DNA of 63,313 bases, counting the filler, from Choristocarpus tenellus KU-1152 (lineage: Eukaryota > Protista > Phaeophyceae): assembly GCA_964200185.2 (NCBI GenBank). It is 10 parts of 10 records of this genome, joined end to end, with 100 filler letters (N's around TTAATTAATTAA, not from the genome) between each part and the next. Parts side by side here need not be neighbours in the genome. Positions count along the whole stretch, not along the records: positions 47,748 to 53,152 come from CAXNAD020010888.1; positions 53,253 to 58,035 come from CAXNAD020013076.1; positions 58,136 to 63,313 come from CAXNAD020011602.1; 7 more parts are not named here. One strand, given 5' to 3'. The position numbers and the translations under genes were made by a program. The notes under the pieces were generated by a model that saw only the letters and a list, made by a program, of their open reading frames with translations, made no database searches and was not told where the DNA came from. Shown here one piece after another: positions 51,301 through 63,313 of the stretch; the first letter of the stretch is position 1, and every line of letters starts with the position of its first letter.

Positions 51301-52316
51301 CTAACTTGAACCAGGTGGTGATAAATCAAGAAAGTCAGAAACTGTGTAGCCTTGAGGAGAAACTGGATGACCAACACAGTTCTCTGCAGGCTGCTGCTGC
51401 AGCAACCAGCCAACTTGATCAACAACTTGCCAACACTAAGGTTGCACTTGCCTCTGAGGCAAGGGTAGCAGCTGCAGAAGGACGGCTGCCCAGTGGAGTT
51501 GAGGCAGTACCCAAGAAAAGAGGTGGAGGAGAGAGTGAATGGGGTGGGACCAGGGGTGGAGGCAATGGTGAGGGTGTGGATTGTGGTGATGGGGGTGGTG
51601 GTAGAAAGAGTCACCGAAGAGGAGAAAAGCCCTGCTCTGCATTGGCACAATTGTGGTCCATGGTGAGTCCCCTTGACCTTAAGCAGGTGGCATTCGAGTG
51701 GGACTGCCTGAGGGGAGCATTGATGTGTGCGCTGGGACGGCCCCGGTCGCTCATCCTTGTAGATGCATTGGGTATATGTCGTGCACATGGTGTGGCGGCA
51801 GGGGAATGGGTGCAGACAAGTTATGAGGAAGGAGCAGGGTCCCAGAAGAAAAAGTTGCATGCAGGGTTGGACCGTCCAGATAGACTGGACTTGGTGGTGG
51901 CAGTGGTAGACTCTATTGCGAGTAGCTCGATCCAGGGTGGGAGGGTGGTGGTTTGCCGCCGTGGTTGTCCTGTCCATCTAGAGTTTGTACGCCAACAGGG
52001 TTTGTTGGAGCTGGCCCACCACCCGGCCTACCTTGCAGGCCTGCGTGCACGAGCAGCTGCAGTGGAAGAGGGTTATGTGGAGGAACTGACCTTCTTGGGA
52101 TGCAAGGAGCATGAAGGCGATGAAGAGAATGTTGTGCTTGGAAGTTGTGCAGAGATTGAGGGTGATGGGGAAGGGGCGGTAGAGGGGGCAGTGCGAGAGG
52201 GAGTGCATGGGGAGGGTAGAGGAATAGGAACATTGGGTAGCATAGAGAGTTGGGAGGCAAGCCTTGCAGCTGCAGGGATGGTGCTGGAGGCAGTTGATGC
52301 TGTTTTTGATGGGAAG
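48400..52316 (+). CDS. Coiled-coil + histone deacetylase-domain protein, partial
   Basis: Exons 48400-48470, 49570-49632, 50406-50573 and 51315-52316, joined in phase 0. HDAC N-lobe motifs DRPDRL, LAHHPAYL and SIESWEASLAAAGMVLEAVDAVFDGK follow a heptad-rich segment. The first two exons are less certain. Confidence 0.72.
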
Positions 52317-54627
52317 GTGAGCGAGTCATGTGGTGATGTTGCATTCCTTTCAGTGTGGAATCAGGGGTGCAATGGCTGTGGTTAATGGGGTAGTTTGTGG
52401 GGGTCGCCTCATGTTGAGAGTTTATGGTGAAAGAAGTTTCATGATGGGGATATTAACAGGTAAAATCATATATGTGGCATGGAAGTGAATGGAGTTGTTT
52501 TGTGTGATTTCCTCTGGTCACTGTCTATCGTTGTGTTTATTCAACTGTTTCTAGGGGATACAGACAAGGCCTTGTTCGCACAGATTGGAATGGAAGATGC
52601 AGATTTTGTGTAGGTGTGTGTGTGTGTCTTTGTGTGTTGGGGCAAAGTTTTGGCGAGGTTCCATACCCCTACCTACACACTGGTAAATGCTCCCAAGAGG
52701 AGACAAAACAGTGTGTAAAGGTGTTTCCCCCTGGTTATGGGCCTCAGCACACTTGTTTACAGTCTTATGCACAACAATCAGGGTCTCCTTGAGGCAAGAT
52801 GTCATGAGATAGGTGCCTCAAGGAAAAATATGGAGATTTTTCTCAACAATTCCGTTTCATTTTGCAACACCAACAAGAGTTGATCTTTGAAGCTAGTTCT
52901 TTTCCAAGGCTTGCGTGCATTACATATTACCTCTGAGTGATCCTCTCAATACTGGACCTGCACGCACATGTCATCCGATTTCCTTAGCACTTAATTGACA
53001 TTTAGTCTTAGGGTTAGGATTATCAGTGTTTGGTGTATTTACTGGTCTCCTCTACTCCCCCCGACCCTAGCTAACCCCCGTAACACTTCCCCCTCCTTTC
53101 CGCCACCCCCCCCTTTTTACCGATCTTACCCCCGCCTCTCTCTCTCGTGTTTNNNNNNNNNNNNNNNNNNNNNNNNNNNNNNNNNNNNNNNNNNNNTTAA
53201 TTAATTAANNNNNNNNNNNNNNNNNNNNNNNNNNNNNNNNNNNNNNNNNNNNGTACTACAACGCACTGGGGGGGGGGGGGACTAACCCTAACCCTAAGGC
53301 AGCCTCAAAGCTGGTAGTGCGCTAAACATTTGGCAGGTATGTAATCATGATGGGATTGGACCTGCGAATGTAGTGTTGTGTTGAAAGTGTAGTATGCCCC
53401 TGAGATAGTAAACGCGTGGGATATACTAGAGTTTCATCACAACATAATCTGGAGCATAAAAAAAAATGGCTAACCAGGCAGCTTCTTGTGTCAAGGGAAG
53501 GATTGCAAAGTGTAGACTCATTACCGGTATAAGATAGCATGCCCTTTGACAATGCATGCACCAAGAAGTATTTCACTTGCACCTAACCCAGAACGTGCAA
53601 CTCTGTAGCGAACTCCTCAGACCGGAAGGTACACAGCATACAGAGAACATCTTGCGGATGAAATACTCTATCCCTTGCTGTACTGCTCATGTGCAAATCC
53701 AGGTCAGACCATAATTTTGGCAGGATACTACTTGTGGTGTAGTGCAAAAGGTCATAGAACAGAATATGACCCCCTACCAAGGATATCCTATTAATGCCTT
53801 CATTTGATACAGAGATATTCTGTGTTTCTTTCCTTTTCAAACAAGGTGAGGATTAATCAGTCTATTGATCAGTCTATTGGGCTGCGAAATAGGGTAAATG
53901 AAAACTTTACCTGAAGAGCACCATTAGTACAAGAAAAGAATAGTGTTGTACTGCCTTTCTCTGTGGTGTAGTTCATTGAGGCATACCCAAGGGCAGTTAC
54001 CACTTATATTCTTTTTGCGTATAATAGCTACAATACCAGCAGACATCACTTGTATCCAATCCATCATAATCCTATACTCTGTACTTTCAGATACTTGTTC
54101 GCCAAGCACTCACTGATTTAGACAGCATAAAGACAGGTAATAAAAAATATATATTCAACATGCGCAGTGACTGCTTGTTATTACTCCTTGAAGGATTCAC
54201 TCACATAAAAAAAACATAAGTTCCTATCATTCAACATGAGGCTGCAGTCAGTACATGCTACCACCTTGGTCACCCTGGTTATTAACACAGGGTAATAAAA
54301 TAACTCAACAGTGAGGGCTGGCTGACTCTGCTGACCTTACAGTTGAATTTTATTTGTGGCACATGCACAACTCCAACGGCGCACTTTCTTCTCCAGGTCT
54401 CAGTATGTACTGTTGTTGGGAAGTGCACGTCTCTCTTGCAACGTTTCTATTTGCTCAACACAGCTCAGATGTTCAGTAGAAGTGTCTGCAGGTGATGCTG
54501 TACACTCCCAAGTGTGTTCCTTCCTAGCCATGTTTCAGCTTGTCCAAATAGTCAGGTCATAACTCAGCATATTATCACACATAATCATTTCATCCACCGC
54601 TGCGAGTATGAGTCATGACCTCATGTG

Positions 54628-55509
54628 CTATCGAGGGCGAACGTAGACATTTTTCTCGTGCATCTCGTCAAGCCTCTCCCTGACGTACCGTCAACGATCA
54701 AAATGCCGTCGTGACAACGATACACAAAGAAGGAAGGACACAAGAAGGATAGGCAACGTATGAGTGGAAAGATGAAACTGGGGTGAGCGCTGCGTCGAGA
54801 TTGACAGTTCAGGGGTCTTACAACGATAGAAAGAGGGTTTGGCAGCGTGGACTTTGTTGATCCCAGACCCGGTATGAGTGAAACGTATGAGAGAATTTGT
54901 GGAGAGAGTGGATTCTACCTACCAATAGCAGTTCATCGATCCCCTTCAAACGCAACACATTCTACTCGGATTAGGTATTACAACAGTCGTATCACTCCCC
55001 AATCTTCAGTGACAACCCACATAACCCCTATCGCCCCAAAAACCTAATCACCAACATCTCGCCTTATTTCATCAACTGCGTCCGCTTTGACGAAGACATG
55101 AGTGGCGTCCAAGTCACTGATGACACACTTTTTCTTGCTGTTCAGGCTCATGATAAACTGCTTAGTTGGCACATCGCTTGGGGAAAGGGCATGGATAGTG
55201 ACTTTAGTGTAAGTCTGAGAAAAGCCATAGACGAACCGGTTCATGTAACACACACACAGTGAACACCCACTCAGGATACATTTCGCCAAAGCACAAGTAT
55301 TGGCAGTTAGAGCGCTGAGACGAAAGAACATCCATTTCAGAGGAATGGTACAAGGTTTTGACTGTAACACCTGTTGGTGTTATCAAACAACTCATCGAGG
55401 GCATCGCATTAAATTAAGAAGGTAGAAACGCGAGAAAGGACTTGGAAACACAGAGATCAGGATCTCACCAAGTTATGAGTACACCTTTGCTACTTCTTAC
55501 ACTGCTCAT
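54628..55509 (-). CDS. TFB5: TFIIH subunit TFB5/p8 (68 aa), 3 exons
   Basis: Exons 55509-55469, 55176-55063 and 54679-54628 give MSSVRSSKGVLITCDVPTKQFIMSLNSKKKCVISDLDATHVFVKADAVDEIRERLDEMHEKNVYVRPR, with the KGVL..CD...KQF and DLD.THVFV signatures of GTF2H5/TFB5. Confidence 0.92.
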
Positions 55510-55651
55510 TGCTATGGATTTTGAAACAATTTTTGTTGTCTACAATTTAGTTACTGGTGCACATTGAATAACCAACAAAAAACCTGCCCTATTTTTAAAC
55601 CTTTCTCCTACCTCCCTCTCAACACCACAACTACAGGATAGAGGCAGCGCC
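55510..55651. promoter_or_regulatory. Candidate bidirectional promoter between TFB5 and the ACBD6-like gene
   Basis: Divergent start codons at 55509 (-) and 55652 (+), 142 bp apart. Confidence 0.5.
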
Positions 55652-57528
55652 ATGGAGGATGAGGTGCGAATTATTGCAATCTCGAGACGGTGGGCACGAT
55701 ACGTAGCTCTTCCTATCGTGGTGCCTAATGACCGTCTCAAGGCTCTATCTCGCTTTTACTAGCCTTCCAAACCCTCATCCCACAGGACACAGAACGACTG
55801 TTTGGTATGGCGGCTGGCCATATGGCGGTCGTCCAAGGCCTTACTTTGTCCTCCGATCAGCGGCTTATACTTTACTCACTATTCAAGCAAGCCACAGAAG
55901 GCGACTGTAACGAATGTAAACCAGGCCTGATCGATCTCGTGGGAAGAGCGAAGTGGTGAGTAGACGTGAGGGGATACATGTTTCCCCTTACGGATATGCA
56001 GGAGACCGAAACATTTCCTGTGCTTATGCCATGGATATATATTCAGCGTGAGAGAGTGACGATAGTAGCTTGTACTGTGGTCCTCTGGGGAGGAGAAGCA
56101 AGTAAAGCTCCCTGTCTCCACGGCCCGCGATGGCCATGTTGTAGTTCTCCACTACTCTGCTTCGCGGCTGTATGTTCCCTACTCTCCCCACGGTCCTAGA
56201 TGAAGATATTCTAGGTAAGATACTAGGTATAGAACGTTATTGTTGTCATAACTTATGGACTGAAGGCGTCAGTTCACAGAAACCAACACTACCGTTCCAT
56301 TACACATGAAGGACGCATACAAGAGAGTGCCTACGCCTGTATCTCCTTTCAAGACCCTATATCCCCTAACGTTGCAGAGCTTTACCTGTATACCTTCATA
56401 TTTTACTTCTTTTGCACACACTCAGGAATGCTTGGAAGAACCGCGAGGGCATGGCTAGTATTGAAGCGATGAGGGAATACATTCTCATTGTCAGTGATAT
56501 TTGTCCCACTTGGCTCACTGACTACCGCCAGCCTCATGGACCAGACACCTTGGACCAAGAGGCCCTAAACAAGGACCTTGAGTGGGAGGGTGATGACGAA
56601 GACGAAAAAAAAGGAGCTGGGTTGGATTTTGGAGTGACCGTCAGCACATTGGCAGCTGGTCAGGGGTGAGCGCCACTTGCTTCATTGTTAGGACCCTCTT
56701 TCTTGTTCAGCTACGGAGGTGTTTGTAGCCCGTTGTATTGCCATTGCACAACCGCAGTGAAGATCGTTTTCGATAATCGGAGATACTTGGCCAATTCGTC
56801 ACAAAACGTTACTACGACACACTCGAACACTGTACTCACTGATGGTATTTGTTGGCATGTGAAGTGTCAAAAACGCTCTGGAGTGAGACTCTATTCTGTA
56901 AACAAGAGTGTTTTTGTGCAGATAAGGTACTCATTCGCGTCAAAATGCGTTTTGTTGTGAAATGAGTAGGATTAGAAGTGATAAGGTATTTCTTAGGCAA
57001 ATATTTTACTGAAACCATGTGATTATCATTCAATTGAACGCCAGTCTCCAAAGCTGATAGGATGTATATTTTCCACTCTTGAACATATCTACAGTCACTC
57101 TCAAGTCTAAAAGAGTGAAAAGCTTACTTCTCAATTTCATCTGTGTATTAACAGCAGTAGTAACAGATCAAACTTAAACTGAAGGTGCCAAAATTGATCA
57201 ACAACAGAATCTAAATTTGATCTTGCAGATATTCAGCCATTCCCATTTCTATATTTTACGATGTAGGGGTCATCCTCCAGATAACAATTTGTAGAGCTTT
57301 CGATTTCCCCTGAAATGACTTTGAGGAAATGAAGAGAAGTCAACGTGAACACTCTAGCAGCTAGAAACACACGGCGATACTTGAAAGCAATAATCTTCTT
57401 TCCACCTACAATGCGGCAGAGACATGTTGGAGTGGGGGGCTGGGGAGGAGATATTTCAGGCGGCAAGTCAAGGAAGTGCTTTGCAAGTGCAGGAGCTGGT
57501 GCAGGGAGGAGTCGAGGTCAACATACAG
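55652..57528 (+). CDS. ACBD6: Acyl-CoA-binding domain + ankyrin repeat protein (ACBD6-like), 3' truncated
   Basis: Exons 55652-55663, 55786-55955, 56426-56665 and 57420-57528. ACBP motifs LYSLFKQATEGDC, GRAKWNAWK and EAMREYI are followed by linker GVTVSTL and the ankyrin start IFQAASQG...LVQGGVEVNIQ. Confidence 0.85.
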
Positions 57529-58135
57529 GTTGTACTTGTGGTATGAAAGAACTTGCTGAAGTACAAGGTGTCACCCAATCCCTACTTCAAGCTCTGTTAT
57601 GTATCCATGAGGTCATGGTGTCCTCCTGTTTGAAAGACCAGGTTTGGTTCAAACACATGTTTAACCACAATACACTAGTGTAGTGGTACATTATTGCTCA
57701 GTACCACTCCCGTAGAGCTCTAGAATCCAACGAATACCCTCATCTATGCAACACAGTACAGGCTAGCAGACTATGATCTTCCCATTGTATCAGTCTGTGC
57801 TCATTTTTCCTTTTTAGTGTAACTTCAGCTGCTGTTGAACTTGCCGTTTTTCAACAATCGAAGTTTGCTTTGCTTTGTGACTCAACTGTAGCTTCATGTA
57901 TAGGGGAACAACTACTGTTGAGCTATCGTTGCAGCCTGGGGGGAGCGATTACGCTGTTGAGTCCACCCCCCCCCCCTTTGCCTTTCCAAACCACAAAAAC
58001 GTTTCATGGTGTTGTGATTACTATTGCAGCAGTTGNNNNNNNNNNNNNNNNNNNNNNNNNNNNNNNNNNNNNNNNNNNNTTAATTAATTAANNNNNNNNN
58101 NNNNNNNNNNNNNNNNNNNNNNNNNNNNNNNNNNN

Positions 58136-58178
58136 CCCCAGGCGGAAACCCCCCCCCCCCCCCCAGATACTTTGGGTC
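58136..58178. mobile_element. MITE subfamily B terminus at contig start
   Basis: C-run followed by CAGATACTTTGGGTC. Confidence 0.8.
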
Positions 58179-61100
58179 AATGAAACGGAGTGTATTGCAC
58201 AGGGTAGGAAAGATGGATCTGAATGCATAAGGGTTCAAACCTGCCTATCTATCAGTGGTTTGGTTCTTTAAAAAAAAAGTAGCTGTCTTAAGGGAACCCG
58301 TTGTAATGCACTATGCAGTATCTTTTTTGTGTTGGTCGTTTATACTTAGCTCATTTAATTAAAACTACCCTTGTCAGTAAATTGTTCCTTGCTATGCCTT
58401 CAGGGACATTTAGTGTCACAATGAGTGAATACTCTCCTTTAATGAAGGATTCCGACCAACAACCCTCTCGATTTGTGTTTCGTTTGACGTTGAACTAATC
58501 ATACATATATCTTGGTGCAAGTTGTTTTTAATTTGTTTTGCCTGTTTCGACAGTTTACACCTTTGGGGACACTGTCCTTTGCATACTACTCTATTTGGAA
58601 TGTGGTCAGTGTTATGACTGCTCCAGGTGGAGTAGACACATCTTTCAATCAATGCGAACTAGGGACAGATAGGGCTAGGATATAAAACATGGAGATGATG
58701 ATGAATTCTTGATTGTTGTTTGCTCGTAGGAGGGCCGATAAGTGGTCTCAACAGGGGTTTGTAACTGAACCGTGGATCCTGGGAAACACAATCATCTGGA
58801 TATAGGTCGTCCCTTTCATGATGAACAAGCCATCAAGCCTTCTGCTAGAACTAGCACATATCTAAGTTCAGATGTAACTATTGTTGGTGTATTGAATTTA
58901 TAATAATACACCAAAAATGCAAATGCAGATTATATTGTCGTTGTATTGGCTTCCCCTCCTCTTTACCTTCGGCACAGCTCCCATCTGTCTACCTGCTCAC
59001 AACTCCAAGCATGTGAGAGGTTTGTAGTACTCCATCCCGATCGTCTAATGTCAGCAGTATCCCCATCATCCTTCTCACAGGTGAGACATAGGGTAGTCAA
59101 CAGGATTTTCATGGCATGCTTGTGTGAGCGCATATGGCACTGTAGACGGGTGGACTCATGTAGACAAAAGAGTAATAAGGTATTGTGATATTATGAGCAG
59201 GAACTAAGCACACACGGGATACTGCTGCAGGAGACACTCTGGAAAAGAAAGAGTGGTAGGTTGCAATGTGGCACGACATATATATAACATACATAACCAT
59301 ATATGACTCTCTCCATTTGTACAGTCAGTCACCACGTTATATTTTATGCTTGTACAAGCATGTACTACTCATACGCCTCATAAGTTGTAAGAGTATTATC
59401 TCATATAATTGATTGGTTGATAGATTATTTGTTGCCTTCTCCCCTTCATATTTCTTATTCTCCCTACATGGCAATTCTTGCAACATGGCTGTGGGCATAA
59501 AAATATATTTTCGGCAGAAAACCATGGTTTAACTTGTTTGTGCTTCGCAAACCAGTAGAAAAAGTACATGCAGACAATTCCTATGCTTTGTTATGATAGG
59601 AAAAAACGATTTGTACAAATCTGAAGTTACTACCACAGTGATTAAATACAGTAATTCGTTTCCTTGTTTAATGGATAGTACAAGGAGTATCACTCCCCCT
59701 TCTAAACTAACACATTGTGGAAGCCATAGTAGGGTCCTGTGCAACATAACGCATGTAGTGTGTCATGTTCGTGACTCTAAACTACTATAAGTTGGAAAAA
59801 TGTACCTGGATAATTCCCGTATATTGGTGATCAGTGATCGCATTTTTCATATTTCTACCGCCATTCCTGTCTTAAAAACGTGTACAAATAGTCACTGGTA
59901 TGAATCATCATCTGTGAAACATATACAAATGGTGGTCGTACCTCTCACCCATCTATGAAATAAGTACAATTATTTGTATGTATCACTCTCCAATCTGAGA
60001 AAGATGTACAAACAGTTCCCTGATACAGATGCATTGATTTGAATCCCTCCACAATGATCTGCCCTTGTGAGCACAAACTATATAAATAATAGTATGTTGA
60101 TTTGTCAACATTTTATGTTGTTGTCGACACATTAGTCCCACACCACTCTCAGAAACACGAATGAGTACAAAAAATCCAGATCCACAAATGAAAGAGTCAA
60201 CTCCCAAATCTTTGATTGGTAAGGCACACAGCTCAGATTTATGTCATAATTTAGCGGAGATTGAATTTGTACGCCAAGAATCGGATTTGATGTGTTCAAT
60301 GTATGAATTCTTCACATATTCCTTGAAATAGAAATCAGCCACAAACAAGACAGAAAACTATGCTATGTACCCCCACTGTATGTATGTAATGAAATTGACC
60401 CATTCTTCAGTAACCTATTGCAACACCCACTAGACCCACTCAAGGTTATGAAATGGCAGGACCAAACTCTTCAGAAGTATCAGTCCCAAAGCTGATACGA
60501 ACCTAACTTAAACTGTGCTCAACATCATCAGTGGTACGGATTCACCACCACATACAGGGACAGCACAGTCAACGCACAACATACAAATTCGTTCAAACAT
60601 ACACACACACACAAACCCACTCAATACATCACATCAACCATTGCAGGACCATGTACACACCTATACACATAGATAACAGCAACAAAAGGAGTAGTGACAA
60701 AAGATCCTCTGCACCACACCAGAGCACGTTGTAACATTTTCATAGTCAACACACTGCCACGAATGAACAGTTTTTGACATTCGTGGCAGGAGATGAATCG
60801 TTAGTGCTGATGGTGAAGATTGAAGGAAAGGAAATCAGTAACCCGCCTACCTTCTCCTTGGACTTTAGCTGCCGACCCAGTTAGGTTGGTTTGTGTGGAA
60901 CCTTCATGAGGGAATAAAATAACCGGTAGCCTGTGCTGCTTGCTTCTCTCAAGACATCAGCTTGTGCCTTGAGTGAGGAGTTCCCGTCGTTATTGAAACC
61001 CTTACACACAGGCTTCGCTCCCCCTGGGTGTGGCAGTATGGACCCCGACGCTTGACACAGATCTGTAGAGTAATGCCTACAGACATTACCACCGATGGTG

Positions 61101-62454
61101 GTGTTGGTCTGGTTGATAACTGCTCGTAAGCAGTATCTCCATTCAGATGCTGTCTCATCGCCAGAGCTGGGGCACATGCTAGTAGTAAGTCCTACCTCCT
61201 GCCCCCTAATGAACAACCCACGCAGTCACTTGTGTAGGGCTTCTATTTGATATTGACCTTTACACAGACATGGGTTGAGCCTCCAACTAGGGTTGAGCTG
61301 CCCCACGCCATCTATCTATCCCACCAGTGCCATGGTTTAAACAATGTATAGGATTTTAGGGTTAAGTTGGAGGTGAGGTATGACTACCCAAGAAGCAGTT
61401 GACAAGGTACGACAGATTGTGTGTAATGTTACCGGTAAGGAGCATGGCATCATAAGCCGTTCCACGGACATGTGATTCTTTTTTGGGCCACCAAAATCAG
61501 CAACAAATCGGGATTTAGTTGCTGGAGAACCAAGAAAATGGCCCGATTCTATACCATCCTGCACTGGACGTATTGTACTCGGTAGTGTGTTGCAACAATA
61601 GTATCCATAACAATGACGAGCTTGAGATTGAGGGGATACAAGAGGATGAAACTAGACAAGTAGAGCTATTGTATCGAATGTGTGTGAAAGAGTCAGAGGT
61701 TTGAATTCCATTGTTTGGAATTGGCACTTTTTGAATAATTTCATCTCGTACTCCTCAAATGTGGCATGGCGTGTTCAATGTGATATCAATGTGTTTGCAC
61801 AGGTAACACAATATAGTTCACATTCAGGATCATTTCTTGTGAAATTGGGAAAATGAAAATAATAGACGCAGATAATATGGCACAATATATCCTCCAGGAT
61901 CTCTATCATAACGGTTCAAATTTCTCCCGAAATTTCTCAAGGAAAAGAAAACGTCTAGCGCAAGCACAACATTCTTTGCAAGTCATGTCCACCAGCCCCA
62001 AACACTTCAAGCGAAACAAGGGCAACGAGAGGGATTATGTAGAGCAGGTTTGACATTCTCTATGCAGGAGGTGTAACACCTTGTTCAAGCTAACAGTATA
62101 TTCTTTCCAGCGCAAAAACGTCTACACGTATGTGCATGAAATATCAGCTAACTTTGAGTATATGAGAGTTCCCTCGACTTAAGCAGGTTTTCGTAAGGTT
62201 CTTCACTTTGGCTTTGCAAGTGTTGAGATTACAACCGACACTCTCCAAAACTGATGACATATTTGGAGCTCCACCCAAGCAAGAGCTCAAGCTCAAAGCA
62301 TCGAACTCAAAAGGTTACCCACAAATCCTGATCTCATTACCTTACTAAATTAATTTGAACTTGTGCTAGCGAAACTATATGGTGTAAATTTACCTGCATA
62401 CAGGGAGTAACACGGCCTCCACCCAACTGTCATGCAACCAAAAACCAGACATCT

Positions 62455-62719
62455 GAGCCAGAGTATCTTGGAGGGTAGGGTAGGGCCGCGTCCATTTGAG
62501 GACCAAAACCCGATGTTGCGATTTTGATATAATTTTGGTTATCGTGTTTGTTAGGAAGTGTCAGTATCCTTGTTACGAACACACCTTTTCATAACGTATA
62601 CATTTTACCTACTCCGAAACATTTTGGCGTAAGAAAATGTAATAAAAAACCAATGGGAAGCCAAGCCTCAAATGGACACAAACAGGGCAAAACTCGTACC
62701 CTCTGAGATACTTTCACTC
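62455..62719. mobile_element. MITE subfamily A, full length, 4-bp TSD ATCT
   Basis: ATCT-GAGCCAGAGTATCT...AGATACTTTCACTC-ATCT. Confidence 0.92.
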
Positions 62720-62816
62720 ATCTTTTCTGCTCTAGTTCGATCCTCTCGATCAGTCCAGGAGATACTTTTCTCAACACCTCCCAGCTATTGGGCTGAGAGT
62801 AGATACGATGTGTCCT

Positions 62817-63074
62817 CTAGTCCTCGGGAGATGTGAATGGAAATATGCAGATAACAACAAATAAAAACACCGAAATGATCTCGTCCTTATCCTTCAAGTG
62901 GAGTACGGAGAGAGAAGATAGAAAGCTATTTTTCGGGACAAATGCAACAAACGCCGAAGTAATATGCACCCACTCAACTCGACCAACATTGAAATTCCAA
63001 TCAATTTTGTCATACCCCACAATGGGTAGTGATGTACCGTCAGTGACGGTCATGTTGTGGCCTTGTGGACATGT
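62817..63074 (-). mobile_element. Copia pol protease/beta-barrel fragment
   Basis: MTVTDGTSLPIVGYDKI...VAFVPKNSFLSSLS resembles the V..ADG..LP..G.G.I...V.FVP...NL.SL segment of Copia polyproteins. It is cut by the MITE at 63075. Confidence 0.6.
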
Positions 63075-63313
63075 GAGTCAAAGTATCTTAGAGGATAAGA
63101 GCCGCGTCCATTTGGGGCCCAAAATCCAATGTTGCGATTTTGATGTAATTTTGGCTATCGTGTTTGTTAAGAAGTGTCAATATCCTTGTTGCGGACACAC
63201 CTTTTCGTAACGTAAACATTTTACCTACTCCGAAATATTTTGGAATAGGAAAATGTCATAAAAAACCCCGAGGGAAGCCAAGCCCCAAATTGCCAAACAG
63301 GGCAAAACTCGTA
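63075..63313. mobile_element. MITE subfamily A, truncated by window end
   Basis: Starts GAGTCAAAGTATCTTAGAGG, with interior near-identical to the other copies. Confidence 0.9.

Noticed and set aside
51279-52344. His/Pro-rich minus-strand ORFs (232 and 143 aa)
   Set aside because: They are antisense to the G-rich HDAC-domain exon.
53253-53300. True telomere at contig start
   Set aside because: There are only about two CCCTAA units next to a G-run, which is too short and internal.
5379-58135. Regularly recurring TTAATTAATTAA motif as a biological repeat or recombination site
   Set aside because: It is always centred in an identical 100-bp N spacer and is an artificial six-frame-stop linker. 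Gene neighbourhoods across it are not real.

Overview
Eukaryotic, intron-rich genomic DNA. The organism is probably a stramenopile such as a brown alga; this is inferred only from gene structure, TTAGGG telomere-type motifs and gene content. The window is not contiguous. It is ten short contigs joined by nine identical artificial 100-bp spacers (N44-TTAATTAATTAA-N44), so adjacency across spacers has no biological meaning. Spliced genes I could reconstruct with phase-consistent exons are: an EF-hand/WD40 protein (WDR49/EFCAB8-like, 9 exons), a partial DDX21/RH3-type DEAD-box helicase, a partial coiled-coil + histone-deacetylase-domain protein, TFIIH subunit TFB5 (with a GC-AG intron) lying head-to-head with an ACBD6-like acyl-CoA-binding/ankyrin gene, and several orphan genes. 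Non-coding DNA is dominated by a family of short non-autonomous DNA transposons (MITEs) with G(A/G)NNNAAAGTATCT termini and 4-bp TSDs (Sola2-like), present in at least three subfamilies; these sit at many contig breaks. There are also decayed mariner/Tc1, Copia and possible piggyBac/hAT/KDZ remnants, a 16-bp satellite, microsatellites, and an unusual CRISPR-like conserved-core/variable-spacer array at 12.6-13.0 kb with no cas genes.
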